Shown one piece after another: positions 1-12,687 of a stretch of DNA of 64,000 nt (its first letter is position 1; the number at the start of each line of letters is the position of its first letter). Under the pieces are notes generated by a model that saw only the letters and a list, made by a program, of their open reading frames with translations, had not been told where the DNA came from and ran no database searches. A program made the translations under genes and the position numbers. The DNA is from Lepidodermella squamata. Its lineage: Eukaryota > Animalia > Gastrotricha. The stretch spans positions 310,001 to 374,000 of the forward strand of contig JBLDXI010000020.1 in assembly GCA_047495785.1 (NCBI GenBank). The letters are read 5' to 3'.

Positions 1-2
1 CT

Positions 3-128
3 ACTAAATTCAGGAATATATTTGCTCTGATGTCACAGCCACTACCTAGTGACGCCCAGCCGGCTTCGCTTACCGGAAAACTTGCTCAAGTGGTTGGCGG
101 TGGATCTAGTCAGCAAAATCAGTCCTAA
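3..128 (+). CDS. Possible 3' end of an unidentified gene entering from the left edge
   Basis: Open frame from the window edge to TAA 126-128 (TKFRNIFALMSQPLPSD...QQNQS*), followed by AT-rich sequence with AATAAA at 181. No family recognised. Confidence 0.3.
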   Translation, partial: TKFRNIFALMSQPLPSDAQPASLTGKLAQVVGGGSSQQNQS

Positions 129-687
129 GAAGAACCATCAAAATTCATAAATTATTTGATTTGCTCGCTAAATTTTTATCAATAAATTAGATATATTGGA
201 CAATCATCCGACTTTTTAATATTCGGCCCTGTCATGTGATAAGAATTCGGCTATGCCTGTCTTGTCTACCTGAAACACTAAGCTTGACTTGAAAATTTGC
301 GGAAGGGAATACCTGGCCTTGTAGCTACAATTTGTCGTTATTTCTGAACTGAAGTTGTTTAAGTTGAACCTAACGAACGAATTTAGTTGGGAGGCATAGC
401 TTGAAGGAAATATGATTACATAATCGTCAAATTAAATGCTTCGTCCAAGCCCTTTAGATTGGTGGCTCAGTTGTGGAATTTTCATGTCCATTCTCCAATA
501 CTCTGTAAATGAATTTCAACTCATTGAAGGCATGCAATAATGGGGCGAACCATTTTGGTAGCACGCAGCTATTCATGGAATGTTCTTTTAATTGACGTGA
601 TTGACTTTCCGATTTTCTTCCTTTTTTCCGTACCCTTACTTTTGTAATTAATAATTTCTCCTTCTTTAATAGGCCCAACACTATTAA

Positions 688-1821
688 ATGTCTTCGTGTT
701 TCTTTTGTTCAAATGGAAATGCTCCGTACAAATGCCCTCGTTGTGCAGCACCCTACTGCTCGTTGAAGTGTTACAAAGGCGAAAAACACAGCGATTGCAG
801 CGAGTCTTTCTACAAAGAATGGGTCGAGGAAGAAACTCGAGGTCAAAAGTGCGATCCGAGCAGGAAACAGAATATGGTCGACATTCTCCGCCGTCAGTTG
901 GAGGCTGACTCTGATGAACCGATCCCTGAAGATTTCGAAGAAATCGAAGGCGGCGATGATGGGGATGAAGACGACGATAGTGCTGAAGAGGATGACCTCG
1001 AAGTCCGCATGGCTGGGCTGGATTTAGATAGGAATCCCGACGAGATTTGGGCAAGGCTCACTGTTAAAGAGCGGAAAGAATTTGAACGTATTCTTGAAAA
1101 TAGCGAGATTTTGAATTTGGTTCCAACTTGGAAGCCGTGGTGGAAAAGTGCTTCTGTCGTAGTTGAGGATGATTATCTGTCCAAGTTGAGTCTATATGAA
1201 AAATTGGTTCCGGCTGGTAATTCGGCCCCTCTGGAAACTGACATTTGTGCGATTTTGTTCTCGTACTGCTTGTTGAGCAGATTTTACAATGGAGAATACG
1301 ATAAAAACAGCGACACTTTCACTGCCGATTTAGTTGCGTTTACTCCTTGCTTTGATGGAAGAGATCATAAGCCGAGTGGGGATGTTTCTATCGCTGTTAT
1401 GTTGGTCTACCAGCGCTGCTCTTCACTCAACGAAGAATTTCGGAAAATTATGGACGTGAATTACGCTTGCAAGCTCATCAACGATGTTATCGCAATTATT
1501 TCGGTCAAGCAACACCTCCACCGAGCGTTTTTCGACTTACTATCGATCGCAAGTCGTGGTACTCAGCTTATGAAGAGCTCAAAAGCGGAAGCCTCCCTCG
1601 TTAAGAAACTGTCACTTGCTAAAAAGAAGCTCGAATTTATGTCCGGATGGATTTCTAAATCAGGCGTGACCTTGTTTAAAACGTGCTCAAATCGTCTACT
1701 CTTATTGGCTTCTGCAATGAAAGCGGATTCTGCTGAGTTCCAAGAAATCATGCGCGATATCGAAACCTCCGGTTTACGTCAATCTGTTCAGCCGGTAAAC
1801 AAAATACAGGAAATCGGCTAA
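688..1821 (+). CDS. ZNHIT2: Zinc finger HIT domain-containing protein 2 (single exon)
   Basis: N-terminal zf-HIT (CFFC...YKCPRCAAPYCSLKCYKGEKHSDCSESFY), acidic stretch, then DLEVRMAGLDLD..EIWARLT..ERKEF and WKPWW motifs typical of ZNHIT2; AATAAA ~35 nt after the stop. Confidence 0.85.
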   Translation: MSSCFFCSNGNAPYKCPRCAAPYCSLKCYKGEKHSDCSESFYKEWVEEETRGQKCDPSRKQNMVDILRRQLEADSDEPIPEDFEEIEGGDDGDEDDDSAEEDDLEVRMAGLDLDRNPDEIWARLTVKERKEFERILENSEILNLVPTWKPWWKSASVVVEDDYLSKLSLYEKLVPAGNSAPLETDICAILFSYCLLSRFYNGEYDKNSDTFTADLVAFTPCFDGRDHKPSGDVSIAVMLVYQRCSSLNEEFRKIMDVNYACKLINDVIAIISVKQHLHRAFFDLLSIASRGTQLMKSSKAEASLVKKLSLAKKKLEFMSGWISKSGVTLFKTCSNRLLLLASAMKADSAEFQEIMRDIETSGLRQSVQPVNKIQEIG

Positions 1822-2031
1822 CTTGACTTATGAATGTGATATATTTTTTCGAAAATAAAAGCGATTTTTTTCATCAACGTGTTTTACCGTGAAATAAGAG
1901 CATCATAACAACCATTAATCATAGAGGCCTAACGGCTTCGTGTTTTTATTTTCTGCTTTGTCTTCATCTCTTCAATATAGCACAAATCGATCAACACCAC
2001 ATTAGCTCACTTCTATGTCAAATAGAATTTA

Positions 2032-3959
2032 TCACTTCTTAGGAGCAGGCTTAGCGGCGGCTGGCTTAGCGGCAGCAGGCTTAGCCGCGGCGGGGGCGGC
2101 GGTGGTGGGCTGTAATTAGAACTTTGTAAAACTCGACAGAGGCATAAATAAACAGCATACCTTCTTGGTTCCCTTCTTCGCTTGGAGCGCCTTACCCCGC
2201 GCACGGAGGATCGCACGGCGCTTGAGAACGGCAGCGTATGGGTTCAACGCGACCATCGCGCGGACGTTGCGGAGTGGGTTCTTCTTGATGGCGTGACGGA
2301 TAACATGAGACCTAAACAGGGCAACACTTGATTGGTGATGATAACTTTCCGAAATCAACTTACTTGCGCGGGCGGAGAGCAGCGCGGATTTCATTGCTCT
2401 TCAGCAGTCTTTGCAGGTCGGTGTTAGCCATCTTGGGTTGGGGAAGACTGAGAGAAAATAGTGTAAAATCGTTCATTTTTCCTAAATGTAATTCGCTTAC
2501 TTGAAGCCCTTCTTTAGAAGGCTACCCTGGCGCCAAGTGCCGTAGAGAGCATCCAGCCTTTGCATGGCAGACTCGGTCCAGATGCAGAAGCGGCCGATGT
2601 GACCACCAGGAGCAAGGCGCAGAACGTTAAGCTTGTTAACATTCATCAAGGTGATTCCTAAGACAAAGGCATTGTAAGGTCTTCAATAAATGTCCTAGTT
2701 CAAAAAACCTGGGATGTTGCGGAAAGCGCGGGTGAGGCCTTGGTCCTTGTTGTAGATGATGCACGGGCCGCGCTTCTGGAGCTTCCTGCGGTTACGCATT
2801 TTACCCCTACCAGCACGGTTGCGCTTGGAGTTGTACACCTAAGCCCCAAAATTAAACACGACGACAAATAATCCGAATCAGCAAAATACCTTGAGCACGT
2901 CTTGCCAAGCCTTAAGCTTCTTCAGCAGAGCAACGGCTTCCTTGGTCTTCTTGAACTCCTGAATTTTGTCGGAAACGACAAGTGGGCATTCAGGGATTTG
3001 GTCGATGGCATGGCCTATATCGACATGCAACAATTGATATATTATCGATAAATTGATTAAATCTAAGCATACCGCGAGCCATAACGAGAGCTGGAATTCC
3101 AGTGGCTGCAATAGCTGAAACCATGGCGTACCGGCGCTTCTTGATGTTGATGCGGCGGTGCCACCGGCGGAAGGTGACAGTGGGGGCGAACATGCGACCA
3201 CCACGGCACATGTTTCCGTAAGCACCCTGGCCCGAACGGTGAGTACCACCACCGCGAACACGCGGGATCCTAGCTACGGCACGGCCAGTACCCCAAGATT
3301 CAGCCGAAGTTTGATGACCTTTAAGAAGAATAATAAGAAAATGCATCTAAAACAAATGCTGGTTCTTACCGGCCTTCTCGGCGACAGCGTAGGCCTGGCG
3401 GGTGTTCTTCAGCATATCAAAGTGAACAGAGTTCACAATGTCGGGGCGGATCGCAGCCTTGAACACAGCAGGCAATTTAACGGTTTTGCCGCTGGCCTCA
3501 GCCTTTTCATTGAAAACAGTCAAAAGGGGTCGAGCAGATGCAACCGCCTGCAAGAATATTTCATATCAATAAATGTACATGTAAGTTACCACGTATATTG
3601 GACATCACGATTGAGCGCACAAATACCCTAATTACGCATCTCTTATACACAAATTTTGTAAAATTGGACTTTCGGCACTGCTGGCTTTGCCTTAACAAAA
3701 CAATATCCACATCCAGACAAGGCTGGGTATTGTCCGTAGGCTTCCAGGAGACTTATCGACCTCCAAGTAGAGATTAGGTGGGAATAAACATTTAATACGC
3801 CCCACATGATTGAACAATTTGTGGCTAAGATCCAGATATTTCCTTCAAGTCTCAGCATCAAACAGCTATCGGACCGGGCAGTCTAACAGTTCGTTTAACA
3901 TGAAGAACCCATTTCAATCGTGATGCCCAAATCGTGAAAGAAGCTCCAAAACGTACCAT
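2032..3959 (-). CDS. RPL4: 60S ribosomal protein L4 (uL4), 9 coding exons
   Basis: Exons (minus): ATG 3959-3957, 3547-3370, 3318-3073, 3014-2890, 2838-2709, 2657-2501, 2447-2364, 2311-2161, 2109-2032, all GT-AG and in frame. Signature [46 protein letters not shown]; C-terminal AAAKP repeats. Confidence 0.97.
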
Positions 3960-5241
3960 CGCTATTTAATTAACTCCCTAAACAAAATATAATATTACAC
4001 ACCACGATAATCAGGCGTGAAAAGTCACTTCAAGCAAAATTTTTGATGCCTCCTGAACACTCCGAACCCGATAGGGGCCGATTTTTGAATTAGCGCACGC
4101 TGGAAAAATAATTTTTCTGGAATTATGTAATGTGCACATTTTATAGTTTTTATCAATAATATATTTTATCATGTGTCTAAATCATGCTATAATTCAAACA
4201 CTTTGGCGCCGACCCGGCGGAATGTTAAACGAATGCCTGCCGCGCGTGGTTTGTTTGTGTTGTCGGCTGTCGGAGTTGATGCATAAGTATTTTGCGTTAG
4301 AGTGTTATGTGTTATCGGCCTCATAGCTTACTATCGTATCTTGTTTACCTTGAACTATTTATTGCTATAGCTCGTATTATTAATATTTTCAGATATTGAG
4401 CTTGTGATATGCGATTTTGCCTACAATTCCCTTTATGTTCAAAACTTCGGAGCCTGAGTTGATAAATTTTAGTCATCTCTAATCCCATTTTATCAAGAAT
4501 TTGTATTATTTGTCCACACACGCCCTCGTGGTGGAGCGTGAAGACATTGATGGTGTCATCTAATAGTTCCCAATCGCGCCCTCAACTAAACTGAAAATTG
4601 CAAATTCAGTTGAAGTTTTCATTCTTAGTTTTTAGGAGCAGGCGGCATGCCGCGAGCAAACTATTTTGAACTATTCAGCTGCGCAAACTCTAATAATGGT
4701 GGGAATCAATGCATGAAGGGATAGCTGATTTATGGAGACCATGCTATTTAATTGCTGAAGCTCAGTAAGCATTTTTTGTATTCGCGATCTTCAAGGATGA
4801 TACTATCGAAAACTTCCTATTGGCATTTGATGCACAATTTCCAGCCCCGCTTTCTGCCAATCGCTAAACATTGCTTTTCAGGTTCCATGTCTCTCTATCC
4901 TCGAATGTGGAATGTGCATCACCTGTGCTTTGATGTATTGGGATTGTATGAATATAAAATATCAGTAAGAGTCCTCCTTGGATTTTCTGGAGAAAGAATG
5001 AACTAGAGAGACATTGTCTGCGAAATGTTATATTCTGTGGCGTTATTCACTCTTATTATCAATGTCTAGTTAGGTGTAGTATGTTGTATGGTTTTAACAA
5101 CTAGTGGCTCAATGTATTAAACCAAGTTTTAAAAATTACTTAATACGCTGTTTTGCTCATGTCTTTTTGTATTTGATACAGTTTTTGTTCAACTTGTTTT
5201 AATTGCTGTTGTAGGATGTATTTACGTAGAAAAGAAGTTGA

Positions 5242-8200
5242 ATGATGTATCAATACCAAGTTGAAAATGGTATAGGTGATACAAAAAATCCCGATGAGCA
5301 ACCGTTTTTAACGAGAAACGGAGTCGGTCACAAATATGGCTCACCTGCGAGAAGCAATTACTTGAATGATTATGGTGGACAATGGGTAGAAGAGAGCTCA
5401 CAAGAGAATGATCTTGCCAAAGTCAGCCCTTGCACTCGGGCCTGTGCTAACTGTTTATTCCCTGGGCGCTATTTTTCCGAGGAATGGGAGCAACTTGCGG
5501 AGTCGTTTATTCATCCTCTCGATCGATCCAGAATGGCTCTGGCACTTTTTCTATTATTTTCTGTCGTAACATCGCTATCAGTCATCGAATTGGTGTACCA
5601 ATCGGCAATCACAGTTCATGTCATGTGCAACATGGTATTTGCCTGTTGTTTTATCATCATGTTCATCTTCGTCTGCACACCTTACTGCAAGCAAAGACAT
5701 TTTCTATTTGTACGCATTATGACGTACCTGTCTTGTTTGACCTATTCGGCGTTGATCATGCCATATAAGTTGCCGTTCACCAAGGATGTCGGACTGTTCT
5801 CTCCTGGCGATCGTCTTTGGGAGCTGTTTTTTGTTATACTGATAGTTTACGTTTTCATCCCGTTGCCGTATTTGTTATGCATTCTCGTTGGCATATTGTT
5901 GCCTGTTTCCTACGCAACGACTCTAATTTTTCAATTGGATTCTTTCCGGCCAGTACCTGACCTGTACTCGGTAAGTTTTTTGTTTTCTTACGTTTTGTAA
6001 CTATTAGTTGCGAGTTGCGCTTCAACTCAAGGATTTGTTTGGATACCATAAGCTTGATACCACATTATAGCGGTAATAAGCTGCTCAGTCAATGTTGTTG
6101 AGCGTATATATTGCCAAAATAAATACGTGGGCCTATTTGTATGACCGGAAGCTGTGTGGGCTCTTGGATTTGGCCCGGAATAATCACCACCTGGTATTTC
6201 GTAATCATCGGTGTAACTGCGTGAGTTACAGTTCGCGTGCGCTCATTAAAGCACCGTGTCCGCGTTTCACTTTGGCTAGAGCACGCTTCTGTTTAGTTAG
6301 CCGTGATTCCATCTATCGCACTGCATGTGCAAACATGGACGCTTACACTCGCTCAAGCACGCGAATGCTTTTAACCTATAACAACGTTATTCCTGTGCGC
6401 GCTGTAGTTCAGATTACCGGACAGGGGTAATCAGAGGGAATGTGCGGTACAGTGTTAACTCGCAAGAATAATATGCGGTGTAATTTGTGAGAAGCCAAAG
6501 CAGCTAGGGATATGCTCAGCAGCGCGCGTCTCTTAAAAACGATCCTAATAGTTGATATTATTATGCGTGGGCGTAACGATCACTTTGGAGCCGAATGATA
6601 ATTATACTATTAATAATCCCGCGTAATCGGTTTTCGTTTGTTATTCTTCTACTAGGTTTCGGCGAATCTTGTTCTTTTGGGTGGCGCCGGCAACATCATT
6701 GGATTGGTTGCCTGGTGCATTTGGAACCGTTTCAGCCGTCGCCTGCTGGTTCACGTGAGAGAATATGCCCTCGCCGGGGTTGAATTGGAGAAAGAAAATG
6801 AAAAATTTGATCGAGTTCTCACGGCGTGCTTTCCGCCAAGCATCGGCAGTTCGTTGAAAGCTGACATTCTCTCGGGGGCTGGCGAGGCTAACACTAAGGA
6901 AAGAATAGTCAATCACGAATCTGTGACAATGATGCTGGTCGAACTTGTTGGCTTTGATCGCGTGTTGATGGGAACGCCGCCGCGGGACAAAGGGGTTCTC
7001 GTCAACAAATTGTTCGCGAAATTGTGCGAACTCTCTGAGGGCTACGCATGCGTTTGTCTCAACGCCGACAGTAGCTGGACGCTGCTCGTCGTCAGCGGCA
7101 TAGTCCACACGCGGTCCGACCACGCTCGCGCCTGTCTTCACCTAGCTTTTGACATGCTCGATTTCGTGAACGCTTTGTCGGACACCGCCGGCGTGCAGTT
7201 ACGTCTTCGCATGTCCGTTCACTCGGGAAACATTGCGTGCGGTTTAATTGGAAAACAAAGGTATTATTTCATGAGTAATTAAACATGGAGCGAAACTAGA
7301 TATGATGTGTTAATAGATGGATGTACGATGCTTGGAGTCACGATTTGGTGGCCCTGCAGAAGATGCACGAATCAGCAGTTGTTGGGCAAGTCCAAATAAG
7401 TCGAGAAACCCTCGCTTATTTTGGAAACGCGTCCGATATCCAGCTGAGTCAAGAACCAAACGTGGTAGCTGCCGCTGCCATAGCCGACAGATTTGTCGTC
7501 CGACCTAATAGACCACCTCGGGTAATAATGAGAAAGAAAGATGAAATTGAAAATCGGAAAATTTTAATTTTAGCTATACGGTTTTACTGACGTTCTATCT
7601 TCGTATCCTGATCGACATTTATTGGCTCCGACTCAATTACTTATTGCCGCACTTGATTCAACTACGACGCTAAATTGCAGCCAGTTCCCAGTTTTCGGTC
7701 AAAACTCTCTGCGCCCTTCTCCGATTCAATTATTAACGACCCCCGTTCGTTTACCGGACGAAGATGCGTTCGCGTTGCACAGTTTACGTCAGTTGCAAGA
7801 TGACTGCGGTAGTCAGTGGTCCGTACCTACAGTCGTTCCTACTCAAATGCATTCTGAGCTGCACGATGGCAGTATTGTCGCTGTCGTAAAAACTGTCCCT
7901 TCCAAACGAGATGTCTTAAATCCGTTTACAATGCGATTTCGCAGTCGGGCTTTGGAGCACGATTTTGAAGAAAGCCCTGCATCACTCTTCACGGTTTCGC
8001 TGCTTTCATGTCTCGTCATTCATGTTGTCAGCACCGTATTTCATTGCCTGGTTCTTCCCAAGTAAGATTAATACTGATCGCTAACAAAATTAAGGAGGAT
8101 TTTTTAATTATTTTATTTTTCGTGTATATGTGTTTTTAATTAGTTGCATACCTGAAGTGTGATGTAGCTTATTAATCATCATCTTTGTTATTATTTTTAC

Positions 8201-11200
8201 AGGACAATTTTGTTTTTGACGCTGACGCTGTTTACCTTCATCAATTTCTTGACGCCATTGTTTACAATGGTATGCAACAAATTGGGATGTGTTCCGACGG
8301 CATTACAACGCGCACCACGCTTGCGGCTTTGTTTTTGTATCATCTGCCTCGTTCTTGCTTACTTAACTGCCCAGATCAATGTGGTAAGTCATTGTCATCA
8401 TCGATTTCGAGAGGAAAACTCTTGTAATTAACCTTTTACTCGACAGCTCACGTGTTCTGGCGGTTTGTTTGACGCGATCTTCCTCGAGAGATCGTCGGCC
8501 TCTGGGGCGACCGGTGGTAGCGCGCCCAATGACGTGTCAAATTTGGCAAAACACCGGCAGTGCACGGTGCCAGTTTACATCGGCGCGGCTGGCTTGTTGA
8601 TTATCTGCATGCCGATGCTATTCACGCGGATTTTGGCGCTCATCAAGGCCGCTTTCGCGCTAATGGTCGCGCTCGGATTCGCTCTCGTCATCGAGTACAC
8701 TCATCGCTCGTTGTTTGTTAAGCCGCTGCTGAGTAGCGTCACCCCATCTGACCTATCTCTTCTCGTGTCTCTGGCGATTTTCGTTATTTTCGTCTACGTC
8801 CACGGCCGGCTGCTTGACAGACTCGAGCGGCTCACTCTTCTGTGGCAGCGCGCGTGTGCCGAGCGCCACGTAGAAACATCTGCCATCGCGCAAAACGGCC
8901 GACGCCTTTTGAATAACATTCTACCGGAACCGGCTTTAACTTGCCTGGTCGACAGCGCTATTCCTATCGATAGCTACTCGGAAAACCAAGATAATGTGGC
9001 AGTTGCGGTGCTTTCACTCGAAAATCTGCCGCAGGCAAGCAGTCTTGAGCGGCGGCTTAACTCGACGAAAACACTCGACTCGTTCCGTTTGTTATCCCAG
9101 CTAATTTACCAAATTGACGAGCTGCTGAGTGAAGGGCGTTTTAAAGACCTTGTCAAAGTGCGGTCAGTTAACTCGCAATACGTCGTCGCTGTCGGGCTCT
9201 ACTCGCAGGACACCAGCGCCCCTGAAACGCTGGTCAGTCAGCGGCTCTCTGTGGCTATTGACTTCGTGCTAGCCGTGCGGCAAATGATTGTGATGACGAA
9301 CTCAAGCCTCGGTTCAGACATTTCTGTCCACTCGGGCATAAGCATTGGCTCGGTTACTTGTGGCGTCGTCGCGTGCCGCAACATTTATTTCGACATTTTC
9401 TCAAACACGGTCCGAACCGCCCTGCTAATGGCTCGGACCTGCAAACCCGAATACGTTCAGGTCTCAGAAACAGTCTACACATATACGCGGTATCTATACC
9501 GCTACTACTCAAGGAAAAGAATGAGTGTCGATCCAATTGGCGAATTTTTCGCATACCGTTTGATCGGAACGAGGGCAATGTACCGAAACGGACCGCTCGG
9601 TCTCGGTCCGCTCATCGGGTCAGGCCTAACGAGGCAAGGTTCGCGTGAATCAGGTGTTTCGTTACTATCACAAGCCACCTCGGTATGGTCTCAAGCCGGC
9701 GGCCCCGTCAATCGTCAGGTGCAGCAGCAACAGCAGCGATTTATGAACGAGTCGTTGAACAGCCGACCTCAATATAACGCTGTGGAAGAAAATGTTGAAT
9801 TATCTGCATCGCAGACGCTGAATCAAACCGCGCCGCCTCAGAACGAGGGCCAATATTCGTCAGTTGCGACTGGTGCTGGCTATTCTTACTACGCCGGGCC
9901 ATCCCAGGCGAATTTTCAGTACGCGAGTGCCTATGTGCCTCCTTACAGGGAAGGGACTAGAAATTTGAATGTCAGTCATTTATCCGCTGTGCCTGAGATG
10001 GACGCTTCTGGCCATGAACAAACGTCGTTGCACATGACTTCGAGCAATAACTCTGCCAGATTTGAAACAGCTGCTGTACAAAAGAAAGAAAATGTTGTTG
10101 AATCAAACGGTGCTACTTCCCCGAATTCTTGGGGTCCTGAAATTCCGCAACCGCAGCAATTTATCGGCATGTCGGTCAGCCAGGTGCAGCAGCAGCAGAC
10201 GTCTCAATATGACATGCGGAAGAGTCAGACTTCTAAAAGCATGTGCACTGCTGAATCTGGTCAGAACTCACCTCGCAGTCAGGTTTCTCATTACGACAAT
10301 GTAATTTTAAATTTAGTTTTGCCTTCACATTAAACGGACGCAGTAGGAATGAACGAAAGCTGGTCTATCAGCGCTCTTAAAATGCAATAATAGAAATATT
10401 TCTCGATCAATTTCACTCGGTAGTAAGCTCATAAAAACGTAATTAAATTATGGCTGCAAAGTTCTCAGAAGAGAAAAATTGAAGCTTATAGATAGCATAA
10501 AATTGATTGTAATCGAATAGCTCTTACATTTAACGATAATATGCTCGATAAGGGCGTCCAATTAGCCCCAATATTGAACGTGAAAGAAAATTTCTAATTG
10601 TCATTACTAATTTCAGCAAAATGGACACAGTTCGAATGGAGACAATGAGGATGACGTTTACCTGCAACGGCGTCTCGATATTGCTGCGACTCATAACTAC
10701 GGCGGTTCAGCCGACCACGATTTTGACGAACAGGGTCTATCTGAAATGCCTGAAATCAAGTCTTACACGCTCAACAGTTTGACATCTTCGTCGAAGAAAA
10801 TCTCAGCGAATCCAGTAGAACAGATCTTCCAAAAATCAACTACGTTTACTGTACCGGGTGCGAAAGCCAAGCAATCGAGTCGGCAGAGTTTGCAGTACCA
10901 GTACACCTTCGACAAAGCCGACGACCCTCTTCTCGGTGTCGATGACGCCGCTGAAATCGAGGAACGGCTAGCCGCCTTGGACGAACTTGATCGAAAAATC
11001 AGGGAAAGTGTCGCTCAACTCCGTTGTGTGGAACTGGACGAAGACCTCGCGCCCACCAAGGCATGCCATGAAAGCACGCCTATGCTCGATAAATCGGTTC
11101 ATCGCGTGACTGAGGAAGTCGTCCTGGAACCACCAGTACCGCCCCAAACGATCGGAGGCATCAGCTCGATTCCTTTCATCGATGACTCGACCAACCAAAC

Positions 11201-11450
11201 TCCGAGACAGTCGTGCATTGGGGTCGCAGCAATTAAACCCGCGTTTGCGTCTACCTTCACAACTACCCCGGGGCGCCACATTCTTCCCGATCTCGTTCGG
11301 CCGCCCACATCGACGAGCATAAACGCACCCAGTGATTCAGCTGTTGAAGTCAAACTGCGCTCCAGAAGTTACGACCACCTCTCCGATAATACGTCATCCT
11401 ACAACATGGCGCCAATGCCGATACCCGAATCCGCCAAACCCGAGTTGTAA
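5242..11450 (+). CDS. Membrane adenylyl cyclase homolog (M1-C1-M2-C2 plus long C-tail) with degenerate active site
   Basis: Multi-exon: hydrophobic TM block (5242-5970), C1-like domain (LRLRMSVHSGNIACGLIGKQR/WMYDAWSHD), second TM block, C2-like domain (HSGISIGSVTCGVVACRNIYFDIFSNTV), last exon 10617-11450 joined in frame after donor at 10301. Some internal exon boundaries approximate. Confidence 0.85.
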
Positions 11451-12330
11451 TTCTAATTTTTGTTTACTGCAAGAGAGTTGTTGCGATTTTGTTAGAGCCG
11501 AGTTGATATTTTCTATTTTCATCACTGCCATTGTTTATAAATAATTAGAAGTTTTGTTTGATAAGATTTACCTTACTTGCTATTCTGCTGTTTTCTTGTA
11601 CCTATTGCGCCAAGGAATAGAAATGATGTTTTCGTGCTCACCATCTCAAAGATGTGCCTATAAATCTGCCTCCTTGATCACTGCCTTGAATCTTACTGGG
11701 CGAATGCTTATTTGCGAACAGATCAAAATCAACTTGCCCTGTGCTTCTGCCTCTTTATACTTAAAGCCAATAGGATGCTCTTGAACTTTATCCTTCGAAC
11801 CTCAATCTGATGAGCTTTTATTCAATCTCTTTGTTTTTCGATGACCCAACTTTACATGGGGGTCGATGCCAAATATATCAAATTTGATGCGATGAAATTA
11901 ATGCAAGATGAAAAATCGCTCTTAGCTGCATCGATGATTACCTATTCGATTTTCAGAATGAATGCTTCAGCGCTAGAAGTGAATGATGAATAATATTTTT
12001 AATTTTATTGTATAAATGCCATGTAAACCAATGAATTGCACTACTTAGCTTTTAAAGCACGTTGTAATCAACAATCAATTTTGAATATTGCTGTTTCGTT
12101 TTCAAATAAAACTGAAATTAACGTACATGCCATTGTTATTTCTCCAGTAAAAACATAGGCTACCGAGTTTCATCCGATGATTATATCCCGAAATTTAGAT
12201 TTTCTAGCAATTAATACTGATCACAGATCTCCTCATGCCGTGAAAAACGTTTCCAGCTCAAGATAAAATACACTTGACCGAAGCCAAGCTTGTCAAAATA
12301 GTTTCCATTCACTAAAATAGCTGCTTTATT

Positions 12331-12687
12331 TCACCAGGTGACTAAAAAACGACGCGATTAGGCGCGTTATTTTTGAGAAAAAGGCTAACGAGGAGTCGCC
12401 GTCGAAAAAACGCCATATCGTGTTCAACCTGTCAGGTAGATGCACACAAGCGTGATTTTCAATACAGGCCAACCAGTACCAAACTAGGCAGTTTGATACC
12501 TTCGAATTCAGCCCTCTACCGTAAATCAAAATTGCTAAAATAAAATAAAATCCGAAGGCACTTCCCAATATTGTCATCAATCCCCCGAACCCATGCCTTG
12601 TAAATGAAACTGCCCTCTACTTACGATCTGCCTTCTTTCTTTTCTAAAAAAAGAAACAAACTGCGTCGTTTTTTAGTCGCCTGGTGA
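12331..12687. mobile_element. MITE-like non-autonomous element (~357 bp)
   Basis: 25-bp terminal inverted repeats TCACCAGG(T/C)GACTAAAAAACGACGC at 12331-12355 and 12663-12687 (1 mismatch); no convincing coding content; no clean TSD seen. Confidence 0.6.

Noticed and set aside
200-540. Minus-strand segments flanked by splice-like signals upstream of ZNHIT2
   Set aside because: Joined segments hit stops in every frame tried; at most a non-coding transcript.
11570-11830. Coding-like minus-strand stretch (also 25790-25980 on plus)
   Set aside because: Interrupted by stops with no recognisable family; unassignable relic.
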